Below, piece by piece: positions 7,779 to 11,560 of a DNA stretch of 11,560 bases (position 1 is the stretch's first letter; each line of letters starts with the position of its first letter). A program made the translations under genes and the position numbers. The notes below the pieces were generated by a model. It ran no database searches. It was not told the origin of the DNA and saw nothing but the letters and a program-made list of their open reading frames with translations. Location of the stretch: contig WAKA01000032.1 of NCBI GenBank assembly GCA_015523565.1, positions 1-11,560 on the forward strand, read 5' to 3'. This DNA is from Candidatus Heimdallarchaeota archaeon (GTDB taxonomy: Archaea; Asgardarchaeota; Heimdallarchaeia; Heimdallarchaeales; Kariarchaeaceae).

Positions 7779-8483
7779 ATGTCTATCCGGGAAAAAGCCA
7801 AAAAGTATCAAAAAAAGGAAAAGGAAAGTCAACAGGAAACAGATCATCCTGTTGATTCCCCTCAATCTGTAGTTGAAGAAAAACAAACTCAACCTATAAC
7901 TAGCCAACCTATAACTAGTGAAGGCATTCAAAAAACTGACGTTACAACAGTTCCCCCTCCAGAGCTCTTGTTTCAGCAACTTATTCCTGGCTGGGTTAAC
8001 AAACCATGGATGTATATCAAACCCTCCCATCCTTCACAACTTAATTCATGGATACAAGGATGGAAGAAACTGATCTTGGATTATTGTCGAATATTTGTCA
8101 AGCATGTCATTAATTTAATGGAACTGCAAAATGTCCATCCATTCAGAAACCAAAAAAATGGAAAAACCCTCTCTCTACCACAATTGACCACAATTATTGA
8201 TTCAATGGTCGATGAGGGTCTGGCCAAATGGTTGGACGACAGCAAAATTCTGGCGCGGATTTATTATAAGCCCATTGATCAATGGGCTGACGAGATATAC
8301 AACTATCTTCTTGAAACTGGAAAAGCTGCCGAAGTTCTTACCTTCATGGAATTTCGACAAATGGATACCGATTGGAGTTCCCTTCCAGAAGAGGATCTCA
8401 AACTTATCCTTAAATCATTTGTAGATGAAGGAAAGGCAAGGTTTGTCACAAAAGAAGAAGATGCAGTTGAATTTGTCTTTTAA
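7779..8483 (+). CDS. vps25: ESCRT-II subunit Vps25 with ~65-aa low-complexity N-terminal extension
   Basis: WKKLILDYCR, HPFRNQKNGKTL, GLAKWLD, YYKPIDQWADEIYNY, VLTFME and GKARFV...VEF are collinear with eukaryotic VPS25. Starts 3 nt after the vps4 stop. Confidence 0.9.
   Translation: MSIREKAKKYQKKEKESQQETDHPVDSPQSVVEEKQTQPITSQPITSEGIQKTDVTTVPPPELLFQQLIPGWVNKPWMYIKPSHPSQLNSWIQGWKKLILDYCRIFVKHVINLMELQNVHPFRNQKNGKTLSLPQLTTIIDSMVDEGLAKWLDDSKILARIYYKPIDQWADEIYNYLLETGKAAEVLTFMEFRQMDTDWSSLPEEDLKLILKSFVDEGKARFVTKEEDAVEFVF
7890..7918 (+). repeat. In-frame tandem duplication with a 15-bp period (CAACCTATAACTAG x2, encoding QPITS-QPITS)
   Basis: Identical 14-mers at 7890-7903 and 7905-7918. Confidence 0.85.
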
Positions 8484-8532
8484 CCCAAAAAAATTAGAAA
8501 GGGTCAAATAAAACCTGTAATTTACATCTCAT

Positions 8533-8919
8533 ATGTATTCTACTAAAATTCCTGGGACAAAATACGAAGTTGCAATTGAACGTGATGGTGGGATTTGGTA
8601 CATCCGTGTAAAGCTTTATGGCAATGTTGAATCAGAGGAAGTTCTTCCGCAAATCACACAGACGATTCTTGAAAAGAAATTAATGAACGTTCTTAAGGAA
8701 GTTAATGTACATCTGAATGACCTTCAGTTCAAAATGTTGTTCACCACTTTGACCAATCAACTCCCCCATCTTGTCAAAGATGACACTCCTGATGCAGTAT
8801 TGCCGTCCACTGAACAATTAAAAAAGATAGATGAATTGGAAAAAACAGTGAAGAGCCTTGAAAAAACAATTGAGACATTGCTTTCACGCATTGAACGTTT
8901 GGAAGAGCATCTTGCCTAA
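8533..8919 (+). CDS. Hypothetical protein: small beta-rich/alpha N-domain plus C-terminal coiled coil
   Basis: 128-aa ORF co-directional with vps25, 49 nt after its stop. C-terminal heptads IDELEKTVKSLEKTIETLLSRIERLEEHL. Confidence 0.8.
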   Translation: MYSTKIPGTKYEVAIERDGGIWYIRVKLYGNVESEEVLPQITQTILEKKLMNVLKEVNVHLNDLQFKMLFTTLTNQLPHLVKDDTPDAVLPSTEQLKKIDELEKTVKSLEKTIETLLSRIERLEEHLA

Positions 8920-9491
8920 TTTTCTTTCATGTAGGTCACTTTGAGCTTCTCTCTTCTTGCAGGTATAATAATGCTATTTCCAGTTTCATCATCAACAATT
9001 AAGGTTATTGGCAATTTTCCCTCCAACGCTTCATCAATCAATGAAAGCCTTTCCTCTGCCGCAATTCTCTGTTCCTCACTCTCTGCCATGTCCCTTGCAT
9101 AACCCACTTTTTCCTGAATGTCAAGCAATATTCCCTCAACATTTCGGATCCATGTTTGAGGGTTTATCCCTGGTTCTATTTTAATTCCCAGTTCTGGGAT
9201 CTCAACAATTCCAGTTTCTGCCCTGACCACTTTGGTTGTAAAATCCACATCATCTTCTACAAAATATTCATATCTTGTGTGACCCTTTGAATTTATGTTC
9301 GCGAAGTCAGTTTTCCTTAAACCGCATTTCTTGCAGAAAAAAGAAATCATATGGAAATCATCATAGTAGGGGATTTGCAAAAGCCTCTGGATGAGTTGTG
9401 CTTCCTCATTCCCACAGGACGGACAGGTCATGGGAATGAACTCAAGCTTTTCTTCTTGACTTAAATATTCTACAAGGTCTTCTTCATTCAT
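8916..9491 (-). CDS. zpr1: ZPR1 zinc-finger family protein (single-module archaeal type)
   Basis: CPSC...IPYY...CKKCG, IPELGIKIEPG, RNVEGIL, TLIVDDETGNSII. Confidence 0.92.
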   Translation of the reverse strand: MNEEDLVEYLSQEEKLEFIPMTCPSCGNEEAQLIQRLLQIPYYDDFHMISFFCKKCGLRKTDFANINSKGHTRYEYFVEDDVDFTTKVVRAETGIVEIPELGIKIEPGINPQTWIRNVEGILLDIQEKVGYARDMAESEEQRIAAEERLSLIDEALEGKLPITLIVDDETGNSIIIPARREKLKVTYMKEN

Positions 9492-9646
9492 CTATAAAAT
9501 AACCTGAAACAAACTTAATAAAATTGCCCAAAGCATACAAAAATGCAAGGTATTTGTCGCTTTCCCATTTATTTTTCACCATCAATTTCCATTTTCTTGT
9601 CTCCTTACGAATATCTTCATTACCCCATTGTTCCCTTGTAATATTG

Positions 9647-10237
9647 ATGAAACTCATTGTTGCCATGACTGGCGGATCTGGTGCACAATATGGTTTGCAT
9701 ATCATAAAAACCCTGCTCGACTTGGGTCATGAGCCAGAAATCGTGATTTCTCCTGCCGCTATAAAAGTTCTTGAATTGGAAGTCGGAAACAGCTATCGTT
9801 CAATCCTGTCAAATGTGGAAGTACAATATGATGTCAATGACATCGCTGCTCCGATTGCCTCTGGGACTCATAGAAACGATGGAATGATTATTGCCCCATG
9901 TTCCATGAAGACAATTGCCGCAATTGCATCTGGATATACCCAAAATTTAATTCACAGGGCTGCTGATTGCATGCTGAAAGAAGGAAGAAAGCTTGTGCTG
10001 TTATTCAGGGAAACCCCTCTCAATCTTATCCATCTGAAAAATCTTACTTTGCTTAAAGAGGCTGGAGCTACAATCATGCCTGCTGCTCCTGGTTTCTATT
10101 ATCACCCTAAGACTGTAAACGACCTAGTGGACTTCATTGTTGCAAAAGTGCTTAGTCAATTTGGGATTCCCCATCCCCGATTTGCCCCTTGGGATCCTGA
10201 AAAAGCAAAAGAAGATTTATTGGAGGATAACTCATGA
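9647..10237 (+). CDS. ubiX: Flavin prenyltransferase UbiX/Pad1
   Basis: IVAMTGGSGAQYG, APIASG, IAPCSMKTIAAIA, LIHRAAD..LKE, RETPL, PGFY..PKTV. Start at ATG 9647. Confidence 0.95.
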   Translation: MKLIVAMTGGSGAQYGLHIIKTLLDLGHEPEIVISPAAIKVLELEVGNSYRSILSNVEVQYDVNDIAAPIASGTHRNDGMIIAPCSMKTIAAIASGYTQNLIHRAADCMLKEGRKLVLLFRETPLNLIHLKNLTLLKEAGATIMPAAPGFYYHPKTVNDLVDFIVAKVLSQFGIPHPRFAPWDPEKAKEDLLEDNS

Positions 10238-10388
10238 TTTGCCCTCGCTGCTCGCGATTGGATGGAAAAAAAATTCCAATGAAAGTTATTAAAAGAAAGG
10301 GTGGATTCCATAAGCAAACCAAATTTCAATGCAAAAATTGTGGACTCATCAGGATGAAACCCAATAAACCTCGTCCATAAACTTTCTC

Positions 10389-11063
10389 TCATGCTCTAGG
10401 ACCAAAAATTCCTGTCCCTATTCGCAGATGCGTTGATCCTGCAAGCAGGGCTTCCTTCCAATCATTTGTCATACCAGCAGAATATAGAAAATTCGAACCA
10501 AACACTTCTTGTGAAATTCTTTTCCCTTCCTTGAATTTGTTAACCAACTCTTCCCTTGTCCACCTTGGATTTGCCATTACCATAAGTCCTCTAACATTCA
10601 ATCCCTTGCTTTTTCCTAAATCTGCCAATTTTCTGACTTCATCAATAGACCGTACCCCATGTTTACTTTCCTCTCCACTTAAGTTAAACTCTATGAGGAT
10701 TGATCCATTATATTCCAAATTTGCTAATCTGTTCATTACTCTTTCCGTTTCTACTGCATGGATCATCATGGCAATTGATGCAACATCTTTTGCATGTCTG
10801 CGTTGTAGTGGTCCAATGAAATGCCAATTAATGTCCCGACTTCCAACTTCTTTTGCCTTTGCAATCAACTCTTGTGCATAATTCTCTCCGAAATCATGAA
10901 TGCCCACATCAAGAGCAGCAACAATTGCATCAACAGGGTGCTTTTTTGAAACTGCAACAACCGTTGGATGTTTTATGCCATGTTCTTCACAAATCTCATC
11001 AATCTGCTCATTTAACAAGTTCCATCGATCAGATATTGTCTGAACCCATTTTTCGTGATTCAC
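10389..11063 (-). CDS. yggS: PLP homeostasis protein YggS/PROSC family
   Basis: VAVSK (PLP lysine), DFGENYAQE, WHFIGPLQ, GLM, SAGMTND, LRIGTGIFGPR. Confidence 0.95.
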   Translation of the reverse strand: MNHEKWVQTISDRWNLLNEQIDEICEEHGIKHPTVVAVSKKHPVDAIVAALDVGIHDFGENYAQELIAKAKEVGSRDINWHFIGPLQRRHAKDVASIAMMIHAVETERVMNRLANLEYNGSILIEFNLSGEESKHGVRSIDEVRKLADLGKSKGLNVRGLMVMANPRWTREELVNKFKEGKRISQEVFGSNFLYSAGMTNDWKEALLAGSTHLRIGTGIFGPRA

Positions 11064-11109
11064 TTCTTATCACTTCTAAGTTTAATCCTAATTGATTTTC
11101 TCCTCTATT

Positions 11110-11560
11110 TTACTTTTCATTTCTCTCTAACTGACTGATCAAAACTGCAACAATTATCAGAAATCCTCCAAAAAATGACATGATGGATATTCTTTCTCCC
11201 AATATCACCATTGATGCTATTGCACCACTCAATGGAATGATGTTTGTACTAGGTGCTACTCTGCTTGGTCCTAATTTCTCTATTGATTTGTAATGGATAA
11301 TATATGCGAACACAGATGAGACCAACCCCATAAACAATAACCATTCAATGGATTCCAAATTCAACGAATAAATTCCATTCACTGAATTTATTGAAAAGGG
11401 TGCAAGCAGTATTGTACCAAAAATTATCGACCATCCTGTAATTGTAATACTGGACAACCCATTATTGCTTGCCTTTTTTGAAAAAGAAAATGACAATGCC
11501 CAAATGGACGCAGCTAATAATATCAAAAGATTGCCAATTAATTTTCCATACTCAATATCC
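11110..11560 (-). CDS. EamA/DMT-family transporter, C-terminal part (runs off the window end)
   Basis: Frame is open to the window edge (DIEYGKLIGNLLILLAASIWAL...). Five hydrophobic segments; LLFMGLVSSVFAY, LGP, and ILGERIS..GG.LI are typical EamA motifs. Confidence 0.88.
   Translation of the reverse strand, partial: DIEYGKLIGNLLILLAASIWALSFSFSKKASNNGLSSITITGWSIIFGTILLAPFSINSVNGIYSLNLESIEWLLFMGLVSSVFAYIIHYKSIEKLGPSRVAPSTNIIPLSGAIASMVILGERISIMSFFGGFLIIVAVLISQLERNEK

Noticed and set aside
9484-9705. 73-aa minus-strand ORF ending over the zpr1 start
   Set aside because: It overlaps the ubiX start and the likely divergent promoter region, with no protein-like signal.

Overview
Gene-dense archaeal window, very probably from an Asgard archaeon (Heimdallarchaeia-like; inferred from gene content, not from a marker gene). 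The centre (4491-8919, + strand) is a tightly coupled eukaryote-like ESCRT cluster: Vps23/TSG101-like (UEV-Pro linker-coiled coil-steadiness box), Vps28, Vps22/36 (EAP30), Vps4 (MIT-AAA+), Vps25 with an N-terminal extension, and an unknown 128-aa coiled-coil ORF. No ESCRT-III or ubiquitin-system gene is visible in the window. Upstream lie the 3' end of an LRR protein missed by the ORF track, a carbamate kinase, an orphan with a basic/acidic Trp-ending tail, a putative GAF-like + FLCN/SMCR8-type uDENN/longin protein, and a Nog1 GTPase. Downstream lie ZPR1, UbiX, YggS and a truncated EamA transporter. All assignments come from motif recognition by eye; no searches were run.
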